Of a DNA stretch of 64,000 nt, positions 9,409-18,205 are shown piece after piece. The notes beneath the pieces are model-generated. The model saw only the letters and a program-made list of their open reading frames with translations, made no database searches and had not been told where the DNA came from. The position numbers and the translations under genes were made by a program. Positions within the stretch are counted from its first letter, which is position 1. Each line of letters opens with the position of its first letter. Source of the DNA: Thiocapsa sp. C3-3m (lineage in GTDB: Bacteria > Pseudomonadota > Gammaproteobacteria > Chromatiales > Chromatiaceae); NCBI RefSeq assembly GCF_041903755.1, contig NZ_JBBWVE010000021.1:6167-70166 (forward strand). The letters run 5' to 3'.

Positions 9409-9867
9409 TGCAGATGGGCGGACTCGCAGGCTTGCGACGGTTTCAACGGGGATTGTGGACGTGGCATGATGGCGACCGGCGAGCCGAACAGGGTCATGGC
9501 CAGCGTTCGCGATCGCCCGGCTCATGACTCGGTCACAACGACGCTTTCGAACGGGATGCCACGAAATGCATGATCGTAGACTTCAGGGTCAGATGTGCCG
9601 GGCCGCCTTTGCGGCTTTCCTGCACGATTTGGGTAAGCTTGCGAAGCGCGCGGTTGGATGTCGATGAGAGATAGCGCCTGCTGCATGACCCTGTATGAGT
9701 TTGACGGTATCGCAGCCTTGAAGGCGCTGCCTGAGCAGGAACGGACCAAGCTGAGCGGGATCCTCGACGGCAAGCCGACCCAAGACATGCGCAGTCAGGT
9801 CGATCGTGACGCCGCTCGGCGGTGTCACGTCTTAAAGCGTTAGGCCCCGAATCAAGCCCTGCGGGTC

Positions 9868-9984
9868 ATGGCGGAGGTCGGTGTGGATCCACTGCTTCAA
9901 GAATATGGACCACGGATCGGAGAGATCGCCGCTCGATACGGGATCGAAAATGTCCGCGTGTTCACACGCACACAAGCGGAATGA
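9868..9984 (+). pseudogene. truncated MNT-type nucleotidyltransferase fragment
   Basis: 38-codon ORF MAEVGVDPLLQEYGPRIGEIAARYGIENVRVFTRTQAE*. It resembles the N-terminus of MNT/pol-beta NTase antitoxins (..IAxxxGxxNVRVFGSxARGE) but stops where the GS...DxD core should begin. Confidence 0.4.
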
Positions 9985-9988
9985 CACG

Positions 9989-10201
9989 ATGAAAATCCGT
10001 CGCACGATTGGTCGACGCTTACAAAGACCGGTGGGCGTGCCGGCGCCACCCTCGGCGGAGGAGATTGCATGGCGCGAGGCCATGTCTCGGACACGTACCC
10101 GTGTCCCCAAAGGTGTCTTTCGTTACGCATCCATGGAGGAGGCGAATGCGGATTGGGAGCGCTGGCATGTTGAGCTGGTTACGTCGACTGTTCGGCGCTG
10201 A
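9989..10201 (+). CDS. hypothetical small protein
   Basis: Internal ATG (MKIRRTIGRR...) of ORF 9881..10201. The C-terminal KGVFRYASMEEANADWERWHVEL looks like a conserved small-protein motif, but I cannot name it. It ends 8 nt before the next gene. Confidence 0.35.
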   Translation: MKIRRTIGRRLQRPVGVPAPPSAEEIAWREAMSRTRTRVPKGVFRYASMEEANADWERWHVELVTSTVRR

Positions 10202-10208
10202 ATCCCCG

Positions 10209-10730
10209 ATGGGGACGGTACCTGCTGGCGAGTCCCCGAACGATTTTACGCGGCCGGCGACTTGGTCTGATGTCGCCATGATCATCCGGTTGCTCAATCG
10301 CGAGGGAGTGCGCTATGTCTTGGTTGGTGGCTATGCACTCGCCGCCCATGGCTATGTCCGGATGACCGAGGACATCGACATCGCCGTTGCTCCCGATCCG
10401 GAAAACTCTGCACGTTGGATCGCAGCTCTCGCCGACTTGCCGGATGGAGCAAGCAAAGCACTGGCCGGCGAGGTGGATCCGTTCGAAGGCGATTACCTGC
10501 ACGCGATTCGGATCAATGACGAGTTTACGATCGACATCATGCCCTCAGTGTGCGGCGTGGGTTTCGCAGAGCTGGAAGGCCATATGACATGGCTTGAGCT
10601 GGAGGGCGAACGGGTCCCCGTTCTGGATCTGGAGGGCTTGTTGAAGACGAAGCAAGGTCTACGGCCGAAGGATCAGGCAGACGCAAATGTCCTGCGTGCA
10701 GTCTTGCGACGTCTGTCCGGCGAAGAGTGA
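10209..10730 (+). CDS. nucleotidyltransferase-fold protein (DUF6036/AbiEii-like)
   Basis: VRYVLVGGYALAAHGYVRMTEDIDIAV matches the G-x-A...D-x-D minimal NTase signature. Start at 10209 (MGTVPAG) or 10167 within ORF 10008..10730. Confidence 0.55.
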   Translation: MGTVPAGESPNDFTRPATWSDVAMIIRLLNREGVRYVLVGGYALAAHGYVRMTEDIDIAVAPDPENSARWIAALADLPDGASKALAGEVDPFEGDYLHAIRINDEFTIDIMPSVCGVGFAELEGHMTWLELEGERVPVLDLEGLLKTKQGLRPKDQADANVLRAVLRRLSGEE

Positions 10731-10883
10731 GATCCACGATGGCAAAGCGCTAAAGTGGACCCGCGCGGCAGTCTAGGCTTGTTCGGCTTTTCCGCTACCA
10801 GGTTCTACGAGTGGTCTGGTGATTTGGCGCAACCCTGCACACCCGTGAGCCGGTCTCGCCGCGGCAGGCGCGTTTGAGCTTGC

Positions 10884-11750
10884 CTAAGCCGGCACCGCAA
10901 CGGCGCACTGATTCTCCAGAAATCCCAGCAAGGCGCCGACGTGGTCCTCGATGCGATCGACCGAGTCATGATCGGCGCCGTCGATCTCCAGCAGACGCAC
11001 ATGCGTTCCCGAGGATCGCGCATGGATCAGGCGTGCATCCTCCACCGGAACCACGCGATCCGCTCGGCCGTGCACCAGTAAGACAGGACAGGTGATGCGG
11101 GTGATCGTGTTCATGGGTGCAATGGTGTCGAAGCGGTGCCCGATCAGCCATTCCACGTAGCGAATGATCCCGTAGACAATCGGACCAGGCAGATGCAGGT
11201 GACGCACCGATGCCTCGGTCACACGAGCAGGGTGGGCGAACGCAGCGATGCTGATCACGGCCGAGATGCCCGGGTTGCGCGATGCCTCGAACAGGGCGGC
11301 TCCTGCCCCGACGGAGTGACCGAGGACGGCGACACAGTCGGCACGTCCCGGGTGATGCCGCTTCAGCCAGGCGATGGCCATTCCGAGATCCTCGGCAAAC
11401 CGAGGCAAGGAGGAAAAGGAATCGGCGTCGCTTCCGCCGTGATTGCGGGCGTCGAAGAGCAGGACGTTGAATCCGGCCTGTCGAAAGGGGATTGCCAGAG
11501 GCAGCATCAACTCCGCGTTGCCGCCCCAGCCGTGGAGGACGACGAGGGTGCGTGTCGAGTCCGCTGCCGGAATCAGCCAGCCGAAGAGGGATCGGCGTCG
11601 CACGGTCGGAATGCGAACCGCCTCGAAGGTAAGGCCGGAGCTCGCAGGCGTGCCGATTTCGCGCAGCCGTGGTGCACGAAAACCCAAGTGCACCCCGGCC
11701 GGGATTGCGGCTGCGGCCAAAACGGCGAAGAGACTCAGGGTTGTGAGCAT
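10884..11750 (-). CDS. alpha/beta hydrolase
   Basis: 288-aa ORF. N-terminal TM/signal, VVLHGWGGNAE, nucleophile elbow GHSVGAG, and a C-terminal HGRADRVVP...GADH catalytic region. Confidence 0.8.
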   Translation of the reverse strand: MLTTLSLFAVLAAAAIPAGVHLGFRAPRLREIGTPASSGLTFEAVRIPTVRRRSLFGWLIPAADSTRTLVVLHGWGGNAELMLPLAIPFRQAGFNVLLFDARNHGGSDADSFSSLPRFAEDLGMAIAWLKRHHPGRADCVAVLGHSVGAGAALFEASRNPGISAVISIAAFAHPARVTEASVRHLHLPGPIVYGIIRYVEWLIGHRFDTIAPMNTITRITCPVLLVHGRADRVVPVEDARLIHARSSGTHVRLLEIDGADHDSVDRIEDHVGALLGFLENQCAVAVPA

Positions 11751-12114
11751 GTCGGTCGAGCTCCGATACGGCTTGGAAGACTGCGCCCGAACCTTCGACC
11801 TTTCCGGTCGTCTTCAGCGTACAGTGTTCTAAAAAAGTAAGATGATGGCGTCGGCCTGCCTTTCCAAACGCTCCGGTCGAGGAGCCTCCTTTTTGAGCGA
11901 GACGCTCGAGATCCGGTGTCGGGTGCAGGACGCTCGGTCTTGGCATAGACTCAAGACAACACACTCATGCCCTCGAGCGCGTTGCGGAGGACGGGACCGA
12001 CAACGGCCGCGCACCCTCGAGACGGAGATCGCCGGGTCGTCGTGAGTGGCGCCCTGCTCATCTCCATCGCCGAGCCAGAGGGCGTTGCCTTCGTCGTCCG
12101 GACAGGAGCTCAAC

Positions 12115-12573
12115 ATGGTTCATGTCTCCCGCCCACGGCTTCACGGTTTGCTTGTCGCCGCGGTCTTCCTGCTCCTTGTGCCTTATGACGCTCTTGGCGC
12201 CTCCGCCATGTCCGGGCCGGCCTGGGATGCTTGCCGCGATCGCGTGATCGCGAGCCTCGAGGCTGCCGGGCTACGGGATTTCGGCGATGTGAGCGCCTAT
12301 ACGGGTGCGACCGGTACCGGCGCGCTCCAAGCGGTCATCGATCAATGCGGTTATCGCTCCGAGCGCATCGGACCGGCCTTTTGCGACGACCTTTATGAGC
12401 AGGTCTATGCGGCGTGCCGAGTGGATGGCTTCGAGGGCATGAGCATGGCCGCCACGTCTTGGGTTTTGATCTTCGATCCGGAAGGACCGCTCGTGGAACG
12501 CTTGAGGAGGGTCTGCACACAGCCGGCGACGCTCGATCGGACGCGGTTCGGTCGTCTGATTTGTGCGGAGTGA
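12115..12573 (+). CDS. secreted hypothetical protein (Cys-rich)
   Basis: ATG at 12115 preceded by GGAG. Signal peptide MVHVSRPRLHGLLVAAVFLLLVPYDALGA. No recognisable domain. Confidence 0.5.
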   Translation: MVHVSRPRLHGLLVAAVFLLLVPYDALGASAMSGPAWDACRDRVIASLEAAGLRDFGDVSAYTGATGTGALQAVIDQCGYRSERIGPAFCDDLYEQVYAACRVDGFEGMSMAATSWVLIFDPEGPLVERLRRVCTQPATLDRTRFGRLICAE

Positions 12574-12705
12574 GGGCTTTGATGCCTGTCGGGGCCTGCA
12601 TCGGCGACGTTGCTCGACGGCGACCCGCGAATCGGGAATCAGCCCGTCGGGTGTCGATTCGTCGGATCGTTGCGCCGGATCGTCACACCGCAAGTCGATC
12701 GCCGT

Positions 12706-13410
12706 TCAGCCCTCGCCGCGCATGACCCGACGCACCAGAGGAATGCTCGGTTGGCGTTGTTCGCGCAGGCTGGCTTGGTCGATCCGCTCGATCAGGGCGA
12801 CCAGAGAGCCGGGATCCCGGGCATAGTTGTTCATGATGTAGCGTGCGGTTTCCTGTCCCAGCCGCATGCCGAGCTCCGCGGCAATCTCCGTGAGCAAGCG
12901 CTCGCAGTCCGGATCGCTCAGCGGCAGCAGGCAGTAGCGCGGCCCCCATTGCAGGCGCGAGCACAGGTCCGCCAGACCAAGCCCGATGGCGTCCGGGGCC
13001 GAGCTCCCCGCGATCAGGAGCGCGCATCCGCGCGCGCGCGCTCGATTGAACAGATCGAACAGGGCGACCTCCCAGTCCGCCTTGCCGGCGACGGCCTGTA
13101 CATCGTCGATCGCCAACAGATCGCGGCTCTCGAGGTTGTCGAAGATCGAGGGCAGCAGCCCGGTCTCGCCGAGCGGGATGTACTGGGCCGTTCGGGCCCG
13201 ATGGATCGCAGCCTGACAGGCGCCCTGCAGGAGATGGGTCTTGCCGGTCGATGCCCCGCCGAACAGAAATAGGTAAGGCTCTCCGGCCCCGGACGCCAAT
13301 GCCTCGACCGCGGCGAGCGCCTCTGCATTCGGCCCGGCGCGATAGTCCGCGAGTGTCGGCTCGCGGATCAGAGTGATCGGCAGATGCAGTTGCCCGGGAT
13401 GGTCGGTCAA
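12706..13410 (-). CDS. hda: DnaA regulatory inactivator Hda
   Basis: 234 aa. Walker A-like FLFGGASTGKTHLLQGAC, LLAIDDVQAVAGKADWEVALFDLFN, and a RDPGSLVALIERID tail; Hda/DnaA AAA+ pattern and size. Confidence 0.85.
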   Translation of the reverse strand: MTDHPGQLHLPITLIREPTLADYRAGPNAEALAAVEALASGAGEPYLFLFGGASTGKTHLLQGACQAAIHRARTAQYIPLGETGLLPSIFDNLESRDLLAIDDVQAVAGKADWEVALFDLFNRARARGCALLIAGSSAPDAIGLGLADLCSRLQWGPRYCLLPLSDPDCERLLTEIAAELGMRLGQETARYIMNNYARDPGSLVALIERIDQASLREQRQPSIPLVRRVMRGEG

Positions 13411-13444
13411 GGTTCCGCCTGCTCGGGGATGCGGGTCCGGCGCT

Positions 13445-14134
<690 letters not shown>

Positions 14135-14295
14135 TTAGTCTAAACCGCGTCGCCGGCGAAAGCCGATGTTTCGTCCGTCCGCGCCCTCGCATCCGAAGCA
14201 GCGATATCCGGGCATTGAACTGTCGAGCCGAAGTGGCGAGAATCAGCCGACCCCGCGCCGGTGTTCACCCGGTGCCGGAAACTTTGGGAGGAGGC

Positions 14296-14865
14296 ATGAT
14301 AAAAATGGCTCGAACACGTGCGCGTGACGGTCGGCGACAGCTTCGACTGATGTTCATCCTGCTTGTGCTATGGGCGACTGCGGTTGGCGCTGCAACCCGG
14401 GATCCGGCCCAGTACTTCTTCGACGCGACCTTCGGCGATTTTGCCGAGGAGCTCGAGACGGCGCGAGCCGAGGGCAAGAAGGGCATTCTGCTGATGTTCG
14501 AGATGGACGAGTGTCCCTTTTGTCATCGCATGAAGACTACGGTGCTGAACCAGCCCGAGGTGCAGGACTACTTCAAAGAGCACTTCATGATCTTCCCGGT
14601 CGATATCGAGGGCGATGTCGAGATCCAGGATTTCGCGGGTACTGCGATGCCGCAAAAGGATTTCGCCTTGAAGACGCATCGGGTGCGTGCGACGCCGGTG
14701 TTTGCCTTCTTCGACCTGGACGGCAATCTGGTGGCTAGGTACACCGGAGCGACCGGCGATGCGACCGAATTCATGTGGCTCGGGGAGTACGTGGTTCAGG
14801 AGCGCTATAAGGATCTCACCTTTCCGGCCTACAAGCGCGAGCGCCAAGCCGCCGCCAAGGGATAG
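14296..14865 (+). CDS. periplasmic thioredoxin-fold protein (CPFC active site)
   Basis: Start after a GGAGGAGG RBS. Signal sequence, then KKGILLMFEMDECPFCHRMK...RATPVFAFFDLDG, a thioredoxin-like fold with a CxxC motif. Confidence 0.7.
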   Translation: MIKMARTRARDGRRQLRLMFILLVLWATAVGAATRDPAQYFFDATFGDFAEELETARAEGKKGILLMFEMDECPFCHRMKTTVLNQPEVQDYFKEHFMIFPVDIEGDVEIQDFAGTAMPQKDFALKTHRVRATPVFAFFDLDGNLVARYTGATGDATEFMWLGEYVVQERYKDLTFPAYKRERQAAAKG

Positions 14866-14922
14866 ACCGCGAGCCCAGACCGAATCCCGGCGACCTGCGG
14901 GGCGTGATCCGAGGAGCAGAGA

Positions 14923-15213
14923 ATGGATGAGCATCAGAGCGAGCATCGCATCTGTTACCACTGCCTCGTCGGCGGGCGGGTGCAGGGGGTGTTTTTCCGT
15001 GCGTCGGCCCGCGAGCAGGCGATGCGGCTGGGGGTGACCGGATACGCGCGAAATCTCCCCGACGGCCGCGTGGAGTTGCTGGTTTGCGGGGAAGCGAATG
15101 CGGTCGGTCATCTGCGCGACTGGCTGCGCACCGGTCCACCGGGTGCCGCGGTGACCGGGGTTGCTTGCGAGCCCTTGGACTTTCAGCAGTACCCGAGCTT
15201 CGCCATCGACTGA
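14923..15213 (+). CDS. acyP: acylphosphatase
   Basis: 96 aa. VGGRVQGVFFRASAREQAMRLGVTGYARNLPDGRVELLVCGE is the acylphosphatase signature. Confidence 0.85.
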   Translation: MDEHQSEHRICYHCLVGGRVQGVFFRASAREQAMRLGVTGYARNLPDGRVELLVCGEANAVGHLRDWLRTGPPGAAVTGVACEPLDFQQYPSFAID

Positions 15214-15254
15214 CGGGGCGTCCCCCGAGCGACGTCGCACGGGCGTCGGGCGCC

Positions 15255-16121
15255 TCAATAACCGCCCACCGTCCGACTCGGGCGCTCCGGGTAGTCGTCG
15301 AGACGGATGACGCGTGTCTCCAGCGCGCCGTCCGCAAGGAGTGTAAGCTCTCGGTAGCCGGGGGCTCGGGTATCGATCGCGAAATCGGACCGGCGCGGCT
15401 CGAACTGAACGCAGGTCGAGGGTGTTCCCATGACCCTGAACCCGTCGATACGCTGCTCGAATTCCTGGTGGATATGACCGCACACCAGGGCCTTGACCTG
15501 AGGATGTCGGTCGCAAAGCGCGATCAGCTCGTCTCCGTTATCGACCGAGAGTCTGTCCATCCAGGCGCTCTGCACAGGGATCGGATGCTGATGCAGAAAG
15601 AGGATGGTGGGCGAGGGGTGCGCCGCCAAGGTGTCGCGAAGCGCTGCGAGTCGAGCTCGGCCGATCCGCCCGCCTTCTCGGCCCGGCTGAGTGGAATCGA
15701 GGAAGACGAGATTCCAGTCGCCGAGGTTGCGCACGGCAACCGGCCCGAGCGCTGCAGGTCCGAGCAGCTCTTCCATCAGAGGCCGCGAGTCGTGGTTGCC
15801 GGGAATGCAGTAATAGGGTAATCCGATGCAATCGAGCAAGCGACGAAGCGCACGATAGCCTTCGCGCGACTCGTCGTGGACGAGATCACCCGTGAGCACC
15901 AAGGCATCGGCAGGCGGCGAATGCGCGAGTGCGAGCTCCAATACCGCTCCGAAGCTGCGCCGCGTGGTCACGCCGAGCAACTGTCCGTCGGGATCGGCGA
16001 AGAGATGCGGATCGGTCAACTGCAGAAGCGTGCGCCGTTGCGCGATCTGGTCCGGGCGGGCTCCCCCCATTGTGGATGACAGGGCGATGTCGAATGTCCG
16101 TAAGCCGTTGGACGCTGGCAT
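15255..16121 (-). CDS. cpdA: 3',5'-cyclic-nucleotide phosphodiesterase (metallophosphoesterase)
   Basis: ATG at 16121 preceded by AAGGAG. LLQLTDPHLF, LVLTGDLVHD, IPGNHD, FLHQHP and VCGHIH metallophosphoesterase motifs in CpdA order. Confidence 0.8.
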   Translation of the reverse strand: MPASNGLRTFDIALSSTMGGARPDQIAQRRTLLQLTDPHLFADPDGQLLGVTTRRSFGAVLELALAHSPPADALVLTGDLVHDESREGYRALRRLLDCIGLPYYCIPGNHDSRPLMEELLGPAALGPVAVRNLGDWNLVFLDSTQPGREGGRIGRARLAALRDTLAAHPSPTILFLHQHPIPVQSAWMDRLSVDNGDELIALCDRHPQVKALVCGHIHQEFEQRIDGFRVMGTPSTCVQFEPRRSDFAIDTRAPGYRELTLLADGALETRVIRLDDYPERPSRTVGGY

Positions 16122-16332
16122 AATCTGCTCCTTGTTGATCTGCGTAGGATATAGCAGTTGTGCATGGGGGCGTTGCCGAACCAGTTCACAGACTTGTCGA
16201 AGAGCGTCGTCGCTCATCAAAAGAGACGATTGCAATCATTGGAACAAACAATTTCTGAAACGGCTTCGAGGTGACTAAGGTTCGAGTGCAGGTTCAGCCA
16301 ACCCCGGTTCAATCCATCGTGAGGAGATCGAC

Positions 16333-16752
16333 ATGGAGCTCAAGGGCAGCAAAACCGAAGAGAGTTTGAAGGAGGCCTTCGCGGGCGAGTCTCAGGCCAA
16401 TCGCCGCTACCTCTATTTCGCCGCCAAGGCGGACGTCGAGGGCTACAACGACGTGGCGGCGGTGTTCCGCTCGACCGCAGAGGGCGAAACCGGCCATGCA
16501 CACGGCCACCTTGAGTATCTCGAAGCGGTCGGCGACCCGGCCACCGGCCTGCCGATCGGCCCGACCGGCGACAATCTGCGTGCGGCCATCGCGGGTGAGA
16601 CGCACGAATACACCGACATGTACCCCGGCATGGCCAAAACCGCACGTGACGAGGGCTTCGACGAGGTCGCCGATTGGTTCGAGACATTGGCAAAAGCCGA
16701 GCGCTCCCACGCCAACCGCTTCCAGAAGGCACTCGACAATCTCGACGCTTAG
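16333..16752 (+). CDS. rubrerythrin-family diiron protein (no rubredoxin domain)
   Basis: 139 aa. [13 protein letters not shown]...[12 protein letters not shown]...[12 protein letters not shown]...[11 protein letters not shown], i.e. two ExxH pairs of the ferritin-like four-helix bundle. Confidence 0.85.
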   Translation: MELKGSKTEESLKEAFAGESQANRRYLYFAAKADVEGYNDVAAVFRSTAEGETGHAHGHLEYLEAVGDPATGLPIGPTGDNLRAAIAGETHEYTDMYPGMAKTARDEGFDEVADWFETLAKAERSHANRFQKALDNLDA

Positions 16753-16836
16753 ACCGCGTCCCCCGAGCAACCGGATCGGCTCGGCGGCATGCTTGACATG
16801 GGCGACACCAAGGGCCTCGTCGTCGGACGCGGTTTA
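16750..16836. repeat. 87-bp TAGACCGCGTCC / GGACGCGGTTTA element
   Basis: 12-bp inverted termini with 1 mismatch. Its first three bases are the TAG stop of the rubrerythrin gene. Confidence 0.7.
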
Positions 16837-16885
16837 GAAAGAAAGCGCCTTCGGTGACGTCTCGAGGGTGAGCGACGGGCATCTA

Positions 16886-16956
16886 GGGGCGACATGAGTC
16901 GCCCCTTCTCGTTTTGCGATGAGGCGTAGTCCGGACGCCGACGTCCGGAAATCGCC
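16886..16956. repeat. REP palindrome GGGGCGACATGAGTCGCCCC plus right-hand CGGAAATCGCC terminus
   Basis: Same family as 7194..7301. The left terminus is degenerate. Confidence 0.6.
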
Positions 16957-17152
16957 CTCGCGCCTCGCAAGAGCTCCTCGGCGCCCTTGTGCCCCTCGCG
17001 GCCTCATGCTGCGATCCTAGGCACGCTTAATCGCGGCTCGCGCTCCAATCGCTGGAAGCCGAGTCTTCTTAGGTATCGACCAACGACGCACGAGGGTCGA
17101 CAGATAACATCCGCGCGAGATGGCCTGATCCGCCTTGAACCTTTTGAATTCT

Positions 17153-17239
17153 TTAAACCGCGTCCGCTGCGACGCCTGTGAATCAATGCGACGCGGAGTT
17201 TGCGTGAGAAGAGTGCCTGTTGCACCGGACGCGGTCTAA
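17153..17239. repeat. 87-bp TTAAACCGCGTCC / GGACGCGGTCTAA element
   Basis: 13-bp inverted termini with 1 mismatch. It ends 8 nt before the ATG of the next gene. Confidence 0.7.
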
Positions 17240-17247
17240 AGGACCGG

Positions 17248-17748
17248 ATGGAAAGGCTGCTTGAATGGATCAGCGCGCGTCGACCCTGTCGTCTCATCGG
17301 AGGCGACCAAGGCGAGCCCTACCTCGAACGCTACTATCTCCTCGGCGCTTTCGGCTGGCATCTCTACCTGCACCGTTTCGTCGATTCGGATCCGGATCGA
17401 GGCCTTCATGATCACCCCTGGGGACATGCCTTGAGCTTGGTGCTCTCGGGCGGCTACGACGAGATTCGCGCACTCGACGGCGACTCGGAGCAGATCCAAG
17501 TGCGCTTTCGTGCTCCGGGGCGATTCAACAGGCTACGCGGCTCGGACTATCACCGGGTGGTCTTGCGTGCGGGCGTGCCGGCATGGACGCTCTTCCTGCA
17601 CGGTCCGAGGGTCAAGGGCTGGGGATTTCGTCGAGGCGGGTCCGTTCAGGTGATGGCCAGGGACGGCACCGAGTTCCGTCATCGCGATTGGTGGAAGCAC
17701 GCACCGACGGGAGCGCAGATCCGGGCGGCGGCGCGGAGTGGTTCTTGA
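17248..17748 (+). CDS. conserved hypothetical protein (YLERYYL ... LHDHPW motif)
   Basis: Start MERLLEW inside ORF 17200..17748. EPYLERYYLLGAFGWHLYLHRFVDSDPDRGLHDHPWGHALSLVLSGGY looks like a small His-rich beta-barrel family that I cannot name. Confidence 0.5.
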   Translation: MERLLEWISARRPCRLIGGDQGEPYLERYYLLGAFGWHLYLHRFVDSDPDRGLHDHPWGHALSLVLSGGYDEIRALDGDSEQIQVRFRAPGRFNRLRGSDYHRVVLRAGVPAWTLFLHGPRVKGWGFRRGGSVQVMARDGTEFRHRDWWKHAPTGAQIRAAARSGS

Positions 17749-18029
17749 TGAGGGCTGTGGGGCTCGGCCCGTTACGCGTTCCGGTGCTCGTGATCCTCAT
17801 GGTGGGCCTCGCGGGATGTGGCGGTGTACCCAGGGGGGGCGGCAGCGATGAGTTGCCCGTCACCTGCCTCGTTAAACCCGACCCCGGGCCCTGCCGTTCC
17901 AATCAGCGCGGGTTCTATTACGACTACCGCGACGATCGTTGCAAGGCATTTACCTACGGCGGTTGCGCGGGTCGGGTGCCGTTTCCGACCCTGCAGCGTT
18001 GTTTGGAATTTTGCGGGGCGAAGCGGTAA
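17748..18029 (+). CDS. lipoprotein with a BPTI/Kunitz-type protease-inhibitor domain
   Basis: 93 aa. Lipobox LAGC. Then CLVKPDPGPCRSNQRGFYYDYRDDRCKAFTYGGCAGRVPFPTLQRCLEFC, six Cys with spacing 8/15/7/11/3 and the F-x-Y-G-G-C core of Kunitz domains. The ATG overlaps the upstream TGA by 1 nt. Confidence 0.7.
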   Translation: MRAVGLGPLRVPVLVILMVGLAGCGGVPRGGGSDELPVTCLVKPDPGPCRSNQRGFYYDYRDDRCKAFTYGGCAGRVPFPTLQRCLEFCGAKR

Positions 18030-18080
18030 GGCAGCTGCTTGAACGCCGTCATCCGTTCTCGGCCGTCCTCGCCGCATAGG

Positions 18081-18200
18081 CGATTTCCGGGGAGGCATCT
18101 CGCCCGTGTAGGGGCGACTTAAGTCGCCCCTACCTCGGTCCGATTTCCGGGGAGGCATCTCGCCCGTGTAGGGGTGACTTAAGTCGCCCCTACCTCGGTC
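18081..18200. repeat. tandem duplication (2 x 60 bp) of a GATTTCCGG...GGGG(C/T)GACTTAAGTCGCCCC REP unit
   Basis: Two adjacent 60-bp units differ at one base. Downstream of the Kunitz gene and of lpdA (convergent). Confidence 0.8.
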
Positions 18201-18205
18201 CGGCA

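Noticed and set aside
10966-11964. 332-aa ORF overlapping the alpha/beta hydrolase gene in another frame
   Set aside because: The product is Arg/Pro/Ser-rich. The hydrolase frame has clear catalytic motifs.
16306-16315. GGTTCAATCC, a tRNA T-loop-like string
   Set aside because: There is no acceptor, D or anticodon arm in the surrounding 97-bp intergenic region. It lies just upstream of the rubrerythrin RBS.
18081-18200. Possible CRISPR-like array (regular 60-bp period with palindromic core)
   Set aside because: There are only two units, directly abutting with no unique spacers. The palindrome belongs to a dispersed REP family, and no cas genes are present.
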